Part shown: piece by piece, positions 1 through 13,771 of the stretch
Position numbering within the stretch: the first letter of the stretch is position 1
How the letters are laid out: each line of letters starts with the position of its first letter
Assembly (NCBI GenBank): GCA_004022145.1
Contig: RCNU01000001.1
Direction: 5' to 3' (one strand)
DNA from: Paecilomyces variotii
Taxonomy: Eukaryota
DNA length: 64,000 nucleotides
Notes under the pieces: model-generated
Seen by the model: only the letters and a program-made list of their open reading frames with translations
Told to the model about the DNA's origin: nothing
Database searches by the model: none
Program-made: the position numbers and the translations under genes

Positions 1-1205
1 GAAGCCCAATATTGGAGTCTTCACGAACCCAAAGCATGATCTCTGGCTGGCAGACGCGAAGCCAACGGTGGAGGAGGTGAAGAGTGGAAAGGACCTGAAG
101 CCGGGTGAGGTGACGGTTGAGGTCCGCAGCACGGGTATCTGCGGGTATGTCTTGCGCTGTTCTCGTCATCCTGCTGAATCGCTGCTGATGATAATAATCC
201 GATTATTCTAGATCAGATGTCCATTTCTGGCATGCTGGCTGTATCGGTCCCATGATCGTCACGGGCGACCACATCCTGGGCCATGAATCGGCCGGGCAGG
301 TTATTGCCGTCGCTCCCGACGTGACCAAGCTCAAGGTCGGCGACCGTGTTGCCATTGAGCCCAACATCATCTGCAATGAGTGCGAGCCCTGTCTCACTGG
401 TCGCTACAATGGCTGTGAACGAGTGGAGTTCCTGTCCACCCCGCCAGTGGACGGTCTGCTACGACGATACGTCAACCACCCCGCCATCTGGTGCCACAAG
501 ATCGGAGACATGAGCTACGAGAACGGTGCGCTGCTGGAGCCTCTCAGTGTCTCTCTGGCAGCCATGGAGCGCAGTGGGATCCGTCTCGGGGACCCCGTCT
601 TGATTGCTGGAGCTGGTCCGATCGGTCTGATCACCCTCCTCAGTGCCAGCGCTGCAGGGGCCACACCCATTGTCATCACCGATATCGACGAGGGCAGGTT
701 GAAGTTCGCCAAGTCTCTCGTCCCTGGCGTCCGTACGTACCAGGCGAGGACCGGCGTGTCTGATGAGGAGAACGCACAGGGAATCATCGATGCGTTGAAC
801 GATGGCCACGGCAGCGAGCCCGATGCCATCCGTCCCCGTCTCGCTCTGGAGTGCACTGGTGTGCAGAGCAGTGTGTGCTCTGCTATCTGGAGTGTCAAGT
901 TCGGAGGCAAGGTCTTCGTCATCGGAGTCGGCAAGAACGAGATGACCATTCCGTTCATGCGTTTGAGTACATGGGAGATTGACCTGCAGTACCAATACCG
1001 TTACTGCAACACCTGGCCCAGAGCCATCCGACTCGTCAGGAACGGCGTCATCGACCTCAAACGGTTGGTCACTCACCGTTTTACATTGGAGGATGCCCTC
1101 AAGGCCTTCGATACGGCCTCGAACCCTAAGACCGGCGCCATCAAGGTGCAGATCATGAGCTCTGAGGAGGATGTCAAGGCCGCCAACGAAGCCGACAAGG
1201 CGTAA
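1..1205 (+). CDS. ladA: L-arabinitol 4-dehydrogenase (Zn-dependent MDR family), 5' end outside window
   Basis: Exon 2-144 reads [15 protein letters not shown]...RSTGICG. Intron 145-211 (GTATGT..CTAG) joins it to [18 protein letters not shown] catalytic-Zn motif, structural-Zn CxxCxxC(x7)C, GAGPIG NAD-binding motif, [15 protein letters not shown] typical of fungal LAD. Confidence 0.92.
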
Positions 1206-1582
1206 AAATTAGCCCCTGCTACATTGATGTCTGGAAGGCAGATATTCTCACTCATCCACATATGTTGCTTCGCCACTCGGCGGTCCCTTTATTCGTTTTT
1301 GATGATGATGACTCCATGTATATAGTTCTTCGGTTGAATGGGTCTTGAGAAGTGGTGTCTTAGGTAGGGTCTGTGATAGAGAGCGAAATGAAAAGATTTC
1401 TCCTTTAATCAGTCATGTCTTTGACAATTCATATTCAATCACTAACACTCTAGAACCCACAGTTCGAACGTTACATCATGCTGGAGTTATCGTCTATCCC
1501 ATGAACACCATGGAATACTAAAAGTACACACAATCTATCAGATCACCACTTTTTGTCCCCATGCACGCACACATACCAAATA

Positions 1583-2428
1583 CTATTTCCTAAGCACAAC
1601 CACAGCGCGTATAAACCCCCTCACCCCATTACTCAACCAACACTCCTCTCCATCCACTATCTCATCAACCCTAACAACCCTTTCAACACAGAATCCCGTC
1701 TCCAGCGCATACCGCCTCGTCGTCCCCGCATTCCCACCACTTGATAACGGAGGCGTCACCCACGCAACCCCATCTTCATCCGAACCCAATCCTCTATCTA
1801 TTATCTCGACCCTCCGCCGAAAGTACGGCGTCGTAATACTCCCCTCCATAACTTCCCCCTTGGGATTAAAAACCAGTACCTCCTCTGGGTCCACAAAAGA
1901 CGTGATCCCCACCCTCTCTCGCGCGGAGGTATATTCCTCTCGGACTGTAGTTTTATGAGTCGTGAACGCGGACGGTTTGATCGGTCGAGTATCCAAATAT
2001 AACCGCCAGGGAGGCGGAAATTGCTGCTTCTCAGCAGTCTCGAAATTCACGCTCTGCGGAATAAATAACGAACGAGGAGAACATGCTGCCGCGGGGTTGA
2101 CGTCCACTGTGCAATTTCCATGTGAATCGAGAGCGATTCGTAAACGCCATGGTTTCGTCCGGTCGGGGATCGATTGGTCGAGGAATTGAGCGAATTGAGT
2201 CGTATCGCGCTGGAGGAAATCGATGGCTTTGGGCCAGTTGAAATGTGTGGCTGCGTTGAGTAATCGATCGCGGTGGAAGCGGAGGAGGTAGTATGGTGAG
2301 TCTTTTGGGTCGGGGTAGATGATGTCTGTGGCGGAGTTTGATATGGTTGTGGGGATTGAAGGGTCGTAGCGGAGGGTAGAGATTATGGAGAATGATTCTG
2401 GAGGTGTAGAAGGCGGTTGAGATGCCAT
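1583..2428 (-). CDS. PLP-dependent aminotransferase class IV protein, ABZ2-like 4-amino-4-deoxychorismate lyase
   Basis: Motifs IISTLRYDP, YYLLRFHRDRL, FTTHKTT, EVLVFN..GEVMEGSITTPYF, GGNAGTTRR, LSNGVRGF. Probable start at MASQPP (2428); no intron needed. Confidence 0.8.
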   Translation of the reverse strand: MASQPPSTPPESFSIISTLRYDPSIPTTISNSATDIIYPDPKDSPYYLLRFHRDRLLNAATHFNWPKAIDFLQRDTTQFAQFLDQSIPDRTKPWRLRIALDSHGNCTVDVNPAAACSPRSLFIPQSVNFETAEKQQFPPPWRLYLDTRPIKPSAFTTHKTTVREEYTSARERVGITSFVDPEEVLVFNPKGEVMEGSITTPYFRRRVEIIDRGLGSDEDGVAWVTPPLSSGGNAGTTRRYALETGFCVERVVRVDEIVDGEECWLSNGVRGFIRAVVVLRK

Positions 2429-2780
2429 TGTGGGTTTTTGTGATTGATTGCGCGCTGTGGTGATGAGTGGTGTGTAGGTTGTGCTGTTTAGGTATGTACT
2501 TTTTACCCCGCGGGGCATGCGATGCGAGGCGTGCAGTTTCCGAGCTCTAATTCAGGTACCGCGGTCCAGTAATTGCTGAGGAGAGGTTGAATACGGCAGG
2601 CTTATATGCTAGTCATCCTTCTAGAAAACCACAAAGGTCCTCTGGGGAAGAATGCGGAGTATCGGGACATTATTTCTTAGATCATCCAAATTCCAGAACG
2701 TGATGATGCGGGGAGATAAGTTGGCTTAGTCATCGTTGATTGTGACTTTGGCATAATTTGGATGAGTTCAGCTCGAGCCC

Positions 2781-4280
2781 CTAGATACCTGTTAACTCAT
2801 CAAGCATCTTCATCAGCTCCAAGATATCCTTTGATGTCGGCCATCTATTTCCGACTACAATCTTAACTCTGGCTCCCGTATCTGACACACAAATGACATT
2901 GACGCCAGCTTCGACCAATAACTTAACGACTTCTAAGAAGCCGTTTGAGGCTGCCCAATGCTGCATCACACCAGTGGTCAGTATCCCTCGGTGATATGAT
3001 TCAAATATATCTTGCAAATCACTCACTAGCGGCTCCCAAAGAAAAGCAGTTTTGATCGATGGATTTACACCCTGGCGAAGTAGAAGCTCCACATCACGTG
3101 CATGGCCACCAGCTGCGGCAACATAAAGAGAGTTGACACCATTGACAAGTACATGCTTATGAGCACCGGACTCAATCAAAAGATGAGAGATCTCTTCATG
3201 GCTTGCGAGTACGCAAACCAAAGTCCAAAATTTCTGCCCGTCGTTGCGCCTCTTGTTGACATCCGCATTGTGGTTGATTAGGAATGACACCATGCTCAAG
3301 TGGTTGTGAATAGCGGCGATATGGAGGCAAGTCTGACCTTTCGAATCTCGGGAGTCAATATCTACTCCACGAGAAAACAGAGCTTCTGCTACATCAATGC
3401 AGCCTTGTGCCGAGGCAATGAACATTGCTGTTCGAATAATATCAGTAGATATATTTCTTGGAAGCCGCTCCAGTTGAAGCTGTAAGCGTGTCAGGTCGTT
3501 TCTATACGTTGAGTAAAGGATATCGGAAGCGACAATTGGAAGTAGGCGCTCGATATCCGGGCGTGATGCTGAATCCCAGGTGTCTGTGACAATCCACTCC
3601 GCGACTGTTTTGTATGAGGCAAGAATCGTGTGACGGTCCATAGAAAGGCCAGAAGCAGCCCATATAGAAATGAAAGACCCACAGTCTTCCATGATTTTGG
3701 CGAGTAGTTCTTGGTGGCTTGCTTCGGTTTCACTTGAGACCACTTCAATACCGTCTGCCATTGGAGTATCTTGTGTCGACTGGCCTGGTGTGGATCCTGC
3801 TGGAGTCACAATCATGAAATCCTCCGGTGTCTCGGGTGTAGCAACTGCACGTTGTTATTAATGGAATATAACTGGAGGGATAGGTGGTTCAGAACCTTCT
3901 GCTTGTGCCTTCTCGTAAGTTGTTACATGTCGTGCAATCTCCTTTCGAATCGTGTTGCGATCTTGTAGATTTCCCTTTCTGAGAACGTTACTCTTCTTGC
4001 CTAAAGCAGCTCGCTTTTCGATGCGACGATTGACCCATATCCAATCTTTGCCCCTGTTGTTCTTGCGGAATTCCCATTTCGCAAACAACCTTTTGTAGGT
4101 GCCTTCGCTGGCGAAAATATTAGGATTAACTGGAACGCAGTTATGAAAAGATAACATAAATTTTAACTACCTCGCGTCAATGCCATGATTCTCTTTCATA
4201 TACTCCATCACATGTTTCAGTGTTCGATCCTCATCGATATAAAGCCTCGAAAGGAGATACTTGTGATCAGACAGCGCCAT
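2781..4280 (-). CDS. Clr5-domain / ankyrin-repeat protein
   Basis: Exon 1 from 4280 reads MALSDHKYLLSRLYIDEDRTLKHVMEYMKENHGIDA, spliced to SEGTYKRLFAKWEFRKN...KEIAR (Clr5-like), then to VATPETPEDFMIVTP. Ankyrin repeats follow (GQTCLHIAA..NHLSMVSFLINHNADVN; NSLYVAAAGGH; WEPL/HWAASNG). At least three introns inferred. Confidence 0.75.
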
Positions 4281-5014
4281 GTTGGTGAAGAAGCAACGCT
4301 AACTGATAAGAGTCGTCCAAAGTAGGTAAACAGTGATGATCAGGTATGAAATAGCCTGGATGTCTTGATATTCCGTGCGTGTTTGCGGGAATCCTTGGAT
4401 TTAAGCAAAGACGGTTGGAAGTGTCTCCTTCTTATAAGTTGCTCAGGAGCTTAACGACGGCGATGCGACCACCCCGTAGTCGTAGTTCACAGCCTCGTCT
4501 GTTGATGCGCCTGGATGCAGATAGATTTTATTGGTGGAGACCAGAAGATCGAGTGGGTATTGTTAGTGTCCGCCTATCCTGGTTGGGCTAGATATTATTG
4601 GCAGAAACCAAAAGTTCGGGTGGGGTGTCTTGCAGGTGGCAGGTGCCTACCGCAGGACCGGGCGATCCCCAAGGCTGGCCTTATCTCATTTGTTCAGGCC
4701 AGAAGTTCTTCTTTACTTTGAATTCAATTTGTCTAAAGTAGACCCATACCGACACCTCAAACATTTTACCGTTGACAGGATGGATCCGGACAGGTTGACC
4801 ATACTATGCTGGGGCTTTTCAGAAGGGCCTGTTGACGTTTTCTAATACAATTCTATGGTCAACACTCGCTGGGTCCTATTGCATAAATACCCCTTCTTTT
4901 ATCTCTGTAGTTTTCTCCAAATTCCAAACCCATTCCTGATATCTTCTCTGAGCACTCGCAGTTCTTTCTTTTTCTCCAACTCTTCGTGATTATCTTTGTA
5001 CACATCATTTTACT

Positions 5015-5754
5015 ATGTCTTCTTACATTGCTAGCTTGGATCTGCATCCTAGAAGAGACGGGTATCTAACTGGACCCTTAGCACATGGCGAAAACCCAGC
5101 GGAAGAAATATTGTTTTTTCAATCATCCTCGGAACAGATTGGCGTACCTGGAAGTTTTACGTACAATCCTTGCATGCAGATCCAGCAGACTGTACATAAC
5201 CCCGGGATTATTATACCCTCTACATCGGTTCGGGGTGACCAGACTACTGTTGGAGAATGGACTGGAGATCATACAACCCAGTACTATCCAGGCGCAACGA
5301 CTGGGTTCGCCAATTTTCGATCATCGAGTTACAATGAATCTACATCTAACGATTATGGAGCCAATCTTTTCCGACCCCCAGCCCACGAATCAATCAAAGG
5401 AGAAGACGGTAACGATCACGTGGCTGGTGCTGACATGCTCCAGGACAATCAGTATGCGCCCAGAAGAAAGTATGTCCTTCTCTTATCAGTGTCTTAGTCA
5501 ATATCTTTTATTCATGTGTTCTAATATGATCATCTTCTTTTCTTAGAAGAACCAATCCCGGTCCCTTAACATGCGGCTGGGAAGGTTGCACATCCACCGA
5601 CGTATTCTCATGCGATCGAGCGTTATGGAGACACATTAAGACCATGCATGTCTCCCCAGATGCATTTGAGTGTCCTGTCAAACGATGCGGGAGGTCCTTT
5701 GGACGCAAGGACAAATGCCAGGACCATATACGATCTAGTCATAGAAAAGGATAG
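5015..5754 (+). CDS. C2H2 zinc-finger protein with two C-terminal fingers
   Basis: Exon 5015-5469, intron 5470-5546 (GTATGT..CTAAT..TTAG). Exon 2 reads RTNPGPLTCGWEGCTSTDVFSCDRALWRHIKTMHVSPDAFECPVKRCGRSFGRKDKCQDHIRSSHRKG*, i.e. two Cx4C..Hx4H fingers. This frame is absent from the ORF track. Confidence 0.8.
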
Positions 5755-6419
5755 GATGTCGATACCCCACTCTCAATTTGTTCCATCCGGGTTATCTAGA
5801 GAGGAGTGCAATTCATGGTCGTCTAGATAGAGTTCCTCGTGTCGTCACTCATGTTGATATTATTGTTGAACTCGCAATTGTATTCTCAATAGTCAGAATT
5901 TCCTAACTGTCTGGAATATAGTGGATTTGCTTCCAAGTCCTCATTCGTATCAAGTAGCGTATCGGTCATTCGTCAAGCATGAGAAAGATATCGAGATCGA
6001 TTAGTTTTTCACGAATCCCTGAGCTATAGATTATCTTGGTTGGCATAATGACACTGCCAGAAACCTCTCCTGATATATCTACGGTATATCAAGATAGTGC
6101 TTTGATGCTATGTTCAATTATGACGCATACATTTGCACCTCCCGAAAGGGAGGCCTCAGGATAGATTCAGTATACTAAACCATCATGGATAGATGGAAGG
6201 AACTACTCATCTATGACAGGGAAAAAAATAGTCTTTTAATTCTCGAGTGGCCTTTTTACCTCCAAAGAGAAGCTTTGTAGCGAAGGTTACTATAGTGCCT
6301 GGTCTAGGGTAAGTAAAAATGTTCGTGTATTATTTGAACGCCTCGAGGGCGCGGTGTACAATTCCAAGATGATTCATTCCACTCTCATATAGTCATGTCC
6401 TCCTATACATGAGATTCAG

Positions 6420-7515
6420 CTACATACATTCTTGTGCAATCCCTCGGTATCCATCATATTGGTTTCCTCCATAATCCCCAACGTCCTCTGGAATAGGCTC
6501 CAATCCATCGTAATTATCTTCATCCTGTTCATCCTGTTCATCCTGTTCATCCTCTTCTGCAATATCTGGCTGTGCGGGTTCAGGAGAGGGCTCACGCGAA
6601 GATCCACGCGATGATGCAGGTGCGCACCGATCAGATAATGTCCCACTGGGACTCGGAGGTAGCTCAGGAGGAGGTGGACTGGTTGAGACTTCGGGAGATC
6701 TACCCGTCACCTGATCCGTCTGATTAACACGAGGAGAAGCCTCTTTGAGCATCGATATCTTTTCCATGAATAACGACACCATAGTGGCAACCAGGAATTT
6801 ATCAAAAACAGAAACCTGTCCCAAGTCTTCAGTGAAGTAACCTTGCGAGAATAGATCTTCATCTTGCTCGAAAGCTATCTTGAGTTTTTCACGGAGGTAG
6901 AGTGAGTACCACTCGTTATCGTCGATTGGTAGTTGACGGTAGACTTCTCTCGCCAGGTCCAGGATCGTATGTATGGGTACATACTCGTCGAGTAGTTCCA
7001 TCTGAGCCCGCGCATGATCCTCTAGACCCGGTAGCTCATATATTTTCGCAGCGCAGAAGGCAAGAACACTCCACTTATATTCCACCCACTCTTTGGGACC
7101 ATCGCATTCCCGAGGCCTCAGAGTCTGGTATTCTCCGGTGTAAAGGTAATGTATAAAAGTATGGGAAATTTCCGCGTCAACACCGGTGAGATTGATCAAT
7201 AGCGGTGTGGATGAGTAGTATGATGTAAATTTCGACGAGCCTAATGTACTCTTCAGTACTGGCGATTGTTCAACGAAGTGTCGATGGACCGTCCATCTAT
7301 GCTCGCCAGGCCCGATTATGAGCTTGACATCATCGGTCAGGTATGGCCTGTCGAATTCGAATCAGCAACTGCTCACCATAGAGCGAATAGAAGAGAAGAG
7401 GGGCTCACGAAGTCTCTGGTTCGGTAATATCCTCAGGAGAGCCATTGGGAGTCTGGATAGGCTCTTCTGAGACCGAACTGGGCCGTTTTGCTTTCTTACC
7501 CCTCTTGTTGACCAT
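6420..7515 (-). CDS. BTB/POZ-like domain protein with Pro-rich and acidic C-terminus
   Basis: Exon 1 from 7515 (MVNKRGKKAKR...EPETS), intron 7408-7348, then PYLTDDVKLIIGPGEHRWTVHRHFVEQSP...INLTGVDAEISHTFIHYLYTGEY...AFCAAKIYELPGL, a fungal BTB-like pattern. Confidence 0.72.
6521..6550. repeat. Coding 9-bp tandem repeat (CATCCTGTT)x3 encoding DEQ repeats
   Basis: Directly visible; translates on the minus strand as EDEQDEQDEQDED. Confidence 0.85.
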
Positions 7516-9098
7516 ACTTAGTATTTATCGTCTCCTTTCTGACCAGCACAAAAGAAGATGGTCTACCATATAAAACGGACGTGCTTAGAGAATCAAAACA
7601 AGCTATCAATAGTTTAGACCATGAAAAACATATTTATACATCACGGTCACTACCGCCGCCTTTATCATCCTGAGGGGTAGAGAGATGCATGCCTGAGTTG
7701 TCCATTGCCCCTCTTGTCAAGAGGCATTACAGAAAGCATCCTGTCGCTATCGTTTGGTTCTCAGTTCCTTGTCATGTCTCAAGCAGCCGCGCGGCACAGC
7801 AGCGTGCAGTTAACCGACCATTCAGGGACAAAATACTCTAGGCATACAAGGCCACTAACCCTAACCCCCGTCGGTAGGTGTCCACGTCACCTACGAGGCA
7901 GACCTGTGCCCTCATATCTCACGCGTGAGTTTCAAGCGATAAGGCAGACAAGCAAGTAAAGGACATGGATTGTGCGCGGTGGCAAAGATCTATGGTGAGT
8001 TGAGCTCCGGGGTGTAGCTTCTATCGCCAGCGGCGTTGTGTACTTACAACTTGCATGGAATTGGTTTAGCCTCGATTGAACGATGCCCAGGGACTTAGCG
8101 AAAGTCCATCCATCGTTTTGTACGAGCCTGCTATCGTTCAACCTTAGCAACGAATATGTTCCGATCTACTTTTCGATCAAGCCAACTAGACAGTTTGCTA
8201 GCACATGCTGCTCCAGAAAACCTGTATTCCAGAACACTCAATCGAGGTCTGACTCCTCTTCATATCATGCGACTATGTTAAGCTTCTTTCGAAGCAGTCT
8301 TATCCCTCCCATCTGAGTATCATCGCTTTTCTTCAAAATCAGTGACACCATCTGGGTGGACTTATTGATAACTTGAATCGATTCTCCCACGGTAATGCGC
8401 TGGCTGCCCGAAGATCATTCCTCGCTAGGGATTCGTACTTAGCGCGGGTGAGATTTCGCGCTGCAAATATTATCGTCGGGGCGTATTATCTCTTGTGTTC
8501 ACCGACATCGCCGTGTGCAGAATGTCTGGGTTGGAAGGTAAGTCAGGTTTTCCAATATGTGTGTGCTGCCATAGAGTGAGACAAGGTATCCTGGATCTTG
8601 GATAGATCAGAAGTAGCAGCGACCACATTCACCTTATATACCATGTCTTTGTTGGTGTGGACACGATCTACCTCTGGGAGACCGCCCCCAACCAGTAGTC
8701 TAACGTTGATCATTGGCCTGGATGAATCTAACGTTCTAGCGCGGACCGACTAGAAAGCCCCCGCGGGGGAGGAAAGACGACACGGGAAAATTATATTGGA
8801 TAGACGAATCAAGGGGTTCGCTAGTGAGGCCACCAGTTAGACCATGCATGGCGTACAGGACAAAGCCCCTGGGTTGGGATTTATGCACACGGCAGACCGG
8901 TCAGAAGACTCGCAAAAAGCCTTCATGAAGCTCGATTTATGCGCGCCGGACCTTGACACTTCCGACGCCGACACATTGGTAAATGCCCATGGAAACGGTT
9001 TATAAGTCTATATAGGGCCGAGAGATCACGATGGGCGCCCAGATCGCGTGGAATGCGCTCATTGTGGTTGTGAAGGCGAAAACAAGGAGTGACGGGCC

Positions 9099-10950
9099 AT
9101 GTCGACCACTGACAGTGAGTTGTCGCAGACATCAGCTTGTACTACAATGAGAGCCATGCTAACAGAACGGCAGACTTCTCCGCGCTCGTGGACTCGAAAC
9201 CGCGCGACGAGACCAGCGCTATCGAAGGCAGTGTGACCAATTCTTCCGCAGAAGCAACTCAATGCCAGGATGTCGAACGCCATGCGGTGGACACTGTGCT
9301 GTCCGAGAAGCAGGAGATGGAGACAACAGTTCGGGATCCCGATATCGTCGGCTGGGATGGCCCCGATGACCCTGAGAATCCGTTGAACTGGTCCGGGAGG
9401 AAGAAGGTGGTCGCAACGGCGACTATCTCACTCATCACACTTCTCACGTATGCGCCCTGATCTGAAGGCCGATTCATACAAAGACTGACCGATAGGTAGA
9501 CCCCTGGGTTCGTCCATGTTCGCACCAGGTGTACCCGAAGTTATGGCGGACTTTCACTCTACGAACTTGGAGATTGCGTCGTTTGTGGTTTCTGTATATT
9601 TGCTGGGCTACTGCTTCGGTCCGCTTCTCATTGCTCCTGTGTCAGAGATGTATGGACGAATGATAATCTACAATGTCTGCAATATCCTGTACGTCGTGTT
9701 CACAGTCGCCTGTGCCGTCGCGCCCGACATGGCCAGCTTGATTGTCTTCCGTCTTTTTGCCGGCATAGCTGGCAGTTCACCCTTGACAATCGGTGCCGGT
9801 TCCATCTCAGACATGTTTCGGCAGGAAAAGAGAGGTGCCGCGATGGCGGCATGGGCATTAGGTCCACTGCTTGGTCCAGTTATTGGACCAGTGGGTACGT
9901 ATATGTCTCTTATAAATGGCCCTGGCACTTTTGACTGACCATGTTTAGCGGGTGGTTATTTGGCCCAAGCCAAGGGATGGAGGTGGACATTCTGGGTACT
10001 TGCCATAGCAGTACGTTTCTATCAGTGCAACCTAGCTCGAAACTGAGACTGACGGAGCACAGAGCGGTGCTGTTGCAATCAACACATTCGTCTTTATGCG
10101 CGAATCATACGCCCCTACCATTCTGCAGCGAAAGACGAACCGCCTGCGCAAGGAAACCGGAAACCCCAATCTCAGATCGGCTCTGGATACTGGCCGTTCA
10201 CCAAAGGAACTTTTCCTTTTCTCCATTGTGCGACCAACAAAGATGCTCTTTCTATCACCAATCGTGTTTCTTCTATCGCTTTACACTGCCGTAATCTATG
10301 GTTATCTTTACCTTCTGTTTACAACCATGACAGAGGTCTTCGAAGACAATTACGGTTTCTCCCAGGGGAGTGTCGGCTTAGCGTACTTAGGCATTGGTAT
10401 CGGATCCATCACGGGTCTGGTGATGCTGGGTGTAATTTCGGACCGTCTTTTGAAGTATCTCACTGAAAAGAATGGCGGCGTTTCCAAACCAGAATACCGT
10501 CTGCCCCCTATGATACCCGGAGCGCTTTTCGTTCCATTGTCGCTCTTCTGGTACGGGTGGACAGCAGAGAAGCATGACCACTGGATCCTGCCAATCATTG
10601 GCACGGCCTTCCTGGGAGTGGGAATGCTCAGCGCCTTTGTAAATCATCCACTTCGCTCTCCTTAACCCTGATCGTTTTGCTGACTATTTGCAAAGATGAC
10701 GGTCTCTACATATCTTGTTGACGCTTACACCATACACGCCGCTTCTGCCATGGCCGCGAACACTGTATTCCGCTCATTGGCAGGCGCTGTACTTCCACTC
10801 GCCGGAGGTAAGATGTATGCAACCCTCGGCCTTGGATGGGGCAACTCGCTGCTTGGCTTCATCGCACTGGCAATGAGCCCACTGCCCTTCGTATTTTACA
10901 AATATGGCGAGCGCATCCGGACTAGTAAACGGTTCCGAGTACAGTTTTAG
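9099..10950 (+). CDS. MFS multidrug transporter, DHA1 family
   Basis: Micro-exon MSTTD (9099-9114) and intron 9115-9173. Motifs VGWDGPDDPENPLNWS, APVSEMYGR, GPLLGPVIGP, RESYAPTIL, KPEYRL, YLVDAY...ASAMAA, GLGWGNSLLGF. Several GT-AG introns. Confidence 0.92.
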
Positions 10951-11480
10951 TCCGGCGGAGAGTGGATAAAAAGAAGCTGAGTGCAGTCAATGATTCCTCT
11001 CAATGTGAGTACGGCGCATATGGGGCTTATGAGAGTGGTTTCTAGAAGAGAATGTATAATGTAGAGTTATGAAGTATATAATTAACCAGATGCTACTTGA
11101 TCTTAACCTAGGTCGCAAATATGCAATAAGAACAGAGTTCGTCGAATCTGGAGAAGTGGATTTAGTATCTCTAGTCCCGCGAAGAGGGAACAGGGCGCGG
11201 GGTCGTTCAGCGGGGAAACCTCTTGTCTGTGGGGAATGGGGTATTTCCGTGCCAATATATAGAAGAGCTCTGTAGAATAGATAGTATCACAGCATATAGG
11301 AAGGGATAGAGAGATTCAAGAGGTGCTCGATGGGAGCTCGGCACTTTATACCCGTTGAGTGTTGCACATATATCAGAACCACACCGCGGCCTTTGAAACA
11401 CCCCCTGAAGTACACCGCCTATTCATTGATATTTTAACAGCTGCGTAACACCCATTCTAAGGTATTCATAGTGCTTTACA

Positions 11481-12858
11481 ATGGCTTCATCAACGCGGCC
11501 TTCTGGCTTCTCCCGCAATCCGCCAACTGGAATAAAGGTGGTCATAGTAGGGGCTGGCTTCGCCGGACTAACTGCAGCCATCGAATGCGATAGAAAAGGC
11601 CATGATGTCGTCCTGCTAGAAGCCTTTCCTGAATTGAAGATCTTGGGTGATATCATCTCCTTTGGCCCCAATAGTGGCAGGATCTTCCAGAAGTGGGAGG
11701 GCGTCGAGGAAAAGCTCGATCCGATCTGTCACAAGAGCGATGGCATCTTATTCAAAACGTATCTCGGAGAGAGCCTCGTTACCCAATATTGGCGCGATGA
11801 GGAGTCATTCGGAAAGAAGTTTAACGGACACAGAGGAGAGATCCACGAGATCGTCTTCAATCACGCCTTGGAACGTGGTGTTGACATCAGGCTAGGCCAG
11901 AGGGTCACTGATTATTTCGAGACGGACACAGAGGCGGGGGTTATAGTCAACGGGAAGGACAGAGTTGTTGGAGATGTTGTTTTCGCCGCTGAGGGCGTGA
12001 GATCGCCGGGAAGAAAGATTGTGCTGGGCTACGAGGATAAACCAAAGTCGAGTGGCTATGCAGTGTACAGAGCATGGTTTGATTCGTCGCGATTAACGCA
12101 TCCCATCACCAAGCATATGGTGGAAAACGGGGATGCCCACGTCGCATGGATCGGTCCAGATGTTCACTTCATCGCAGCTTCGCTGAAAAATGGAAAGGAT
12201 TTCAGTTGGGTTTGCACACACAAGGTATGCGGTTTTACCTCAGTTCCTGAGATCCTTCCTTGAAGTGAGGGGAACATGGGGCTAAATACGCAATGATAAC
12301 CATCAGGATGAGGCAGATATCGAAGACACCTGGTCAACCCCCGGACAGGTCGAAGAAGCACTGAAGGTAGTGGAAAACTGGGATCCAATTGTCCAAGAGA
12401 TCATCAAGGCCACTCCTCCTGAACACCTTGTCGATTGGAAATTAGTCTACCGGGATCCCCTGCCGACATGGATCTCTCCGAAGTCGAGAATGTCTCTCAT
12501 CGGAGATGCGGCGCATCCTTTTCTCCCGACGTCAATACAAGGGGCCAGTCAGTCAATGGAAGACGGGGTCAATCTGGCGGTTTGTCTGGAGCTCGCTGGG
12601 AAGAACCGGGTGCAGGAAGCTCTTCGCGCACATGAGAGGATCAGATACGACCGCGTGCTTCAAGCACAGAAAACAGGCGTCACCACCAGAGAGCAGTGGC
12701 ACAAGGCTGACTTCGATAACTTGAAGAAGAACCCAGATGTCCTGAAACTAAAGCGGGAACCCTGGTTACTGAACTTTGATTCGGAGAAGCATGCGTATGA
12801 TGTTTACAAGAGCACTGTGGCTGAGATGAGAAGAGAAGAAGGACGAGCTCATCTGTGA
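11481..12858 (+). CDS. FAD-dependent monooxygenase (salicylate hydroxylase / MAK1-like)
   Basis: IVGAGFAG Rossmann motif, AEGVRS (DG-motif variant), LIGDAAHPFLPTSIQGASQSMEDG. Intron 12225-12306. Confidence 0.9.
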
Positions 12859-13771
12859 GACGCAGAGAAATGCATGTTAAGTTGGATTCGAAGAGTTCGT
12901 GGCATATATACCTACTCTTATAATATTGGGTCGTGGAGCGATTATATCAAACATTCTTGGGCTTATGGACAGCTAATATTTCTGATAAACGAGCACATGC
13001 CGCGGTTATGTTCTCGCACTGTATAACTGGCAAAAGCATTGTTACTGTGCTGCAATAAATCATAGCAGACACGTATATGATTGAGTCGCACTGTTCCCCA
13101 ATCAGACACTCAAAAAGCGCATAGTCTCTGTCGAATCCTGAAGGGCACGGAAACATAGTCTGATTTCAAAAACCTAGCTACCAGCTAGGTTGTTTGAATT
13201 ACTTGCTTGCTTCTAGTTCTAGGAGTTGAACCCAGATTTTATCTCCTATAGCATATAAAGGAAATCTAGATTCTAGTGATTTAGTAGGATCTACCCTAGA
13301 ATTAGGACATAAAAGAATCTGCTGCAAATCGATGATATGACAGATCACCTGGACATATGCTTTGTGTGTCGACACAGTCTTCAATCTATATATTTAGGGC
13401 TCTCCGCATGCCCCAGATGTCCCCGCGAAAGCGCTTTGCCGCGGGATAACTTGACCTTACAAGACAGGCTCAGGCCCCCTTGCAGATGATACTCGAGGAT
13501 GTATGCAATACACAAAGCACTAGACGATGGTTATGAGCGGAGACAGCCGAATCAACATTGCTGTGGAGATCAATGATCAAATCTAGATCGATCTTGGGCT
13601 CGTCTAAGTAAGATCTGTTAATTATTGCCAAGAGCCAGCACTTACCATGCCTAACTATGTGTATGTAGGATTTCATTGACCTATCACTTTCGCGCGCTCT
13701 CTGTACCCGATTGTAACCGCAGAGAAGCAAGAGCGGACTCCCTAATCACTCGCAGCTCCGCCAATATCGAG

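Noticed and set aside
459-1076. 205-aa minus-strand ORF inside ladA
   Set aside because: Antisense to a strongly codon-biased gene; no independent evidence.
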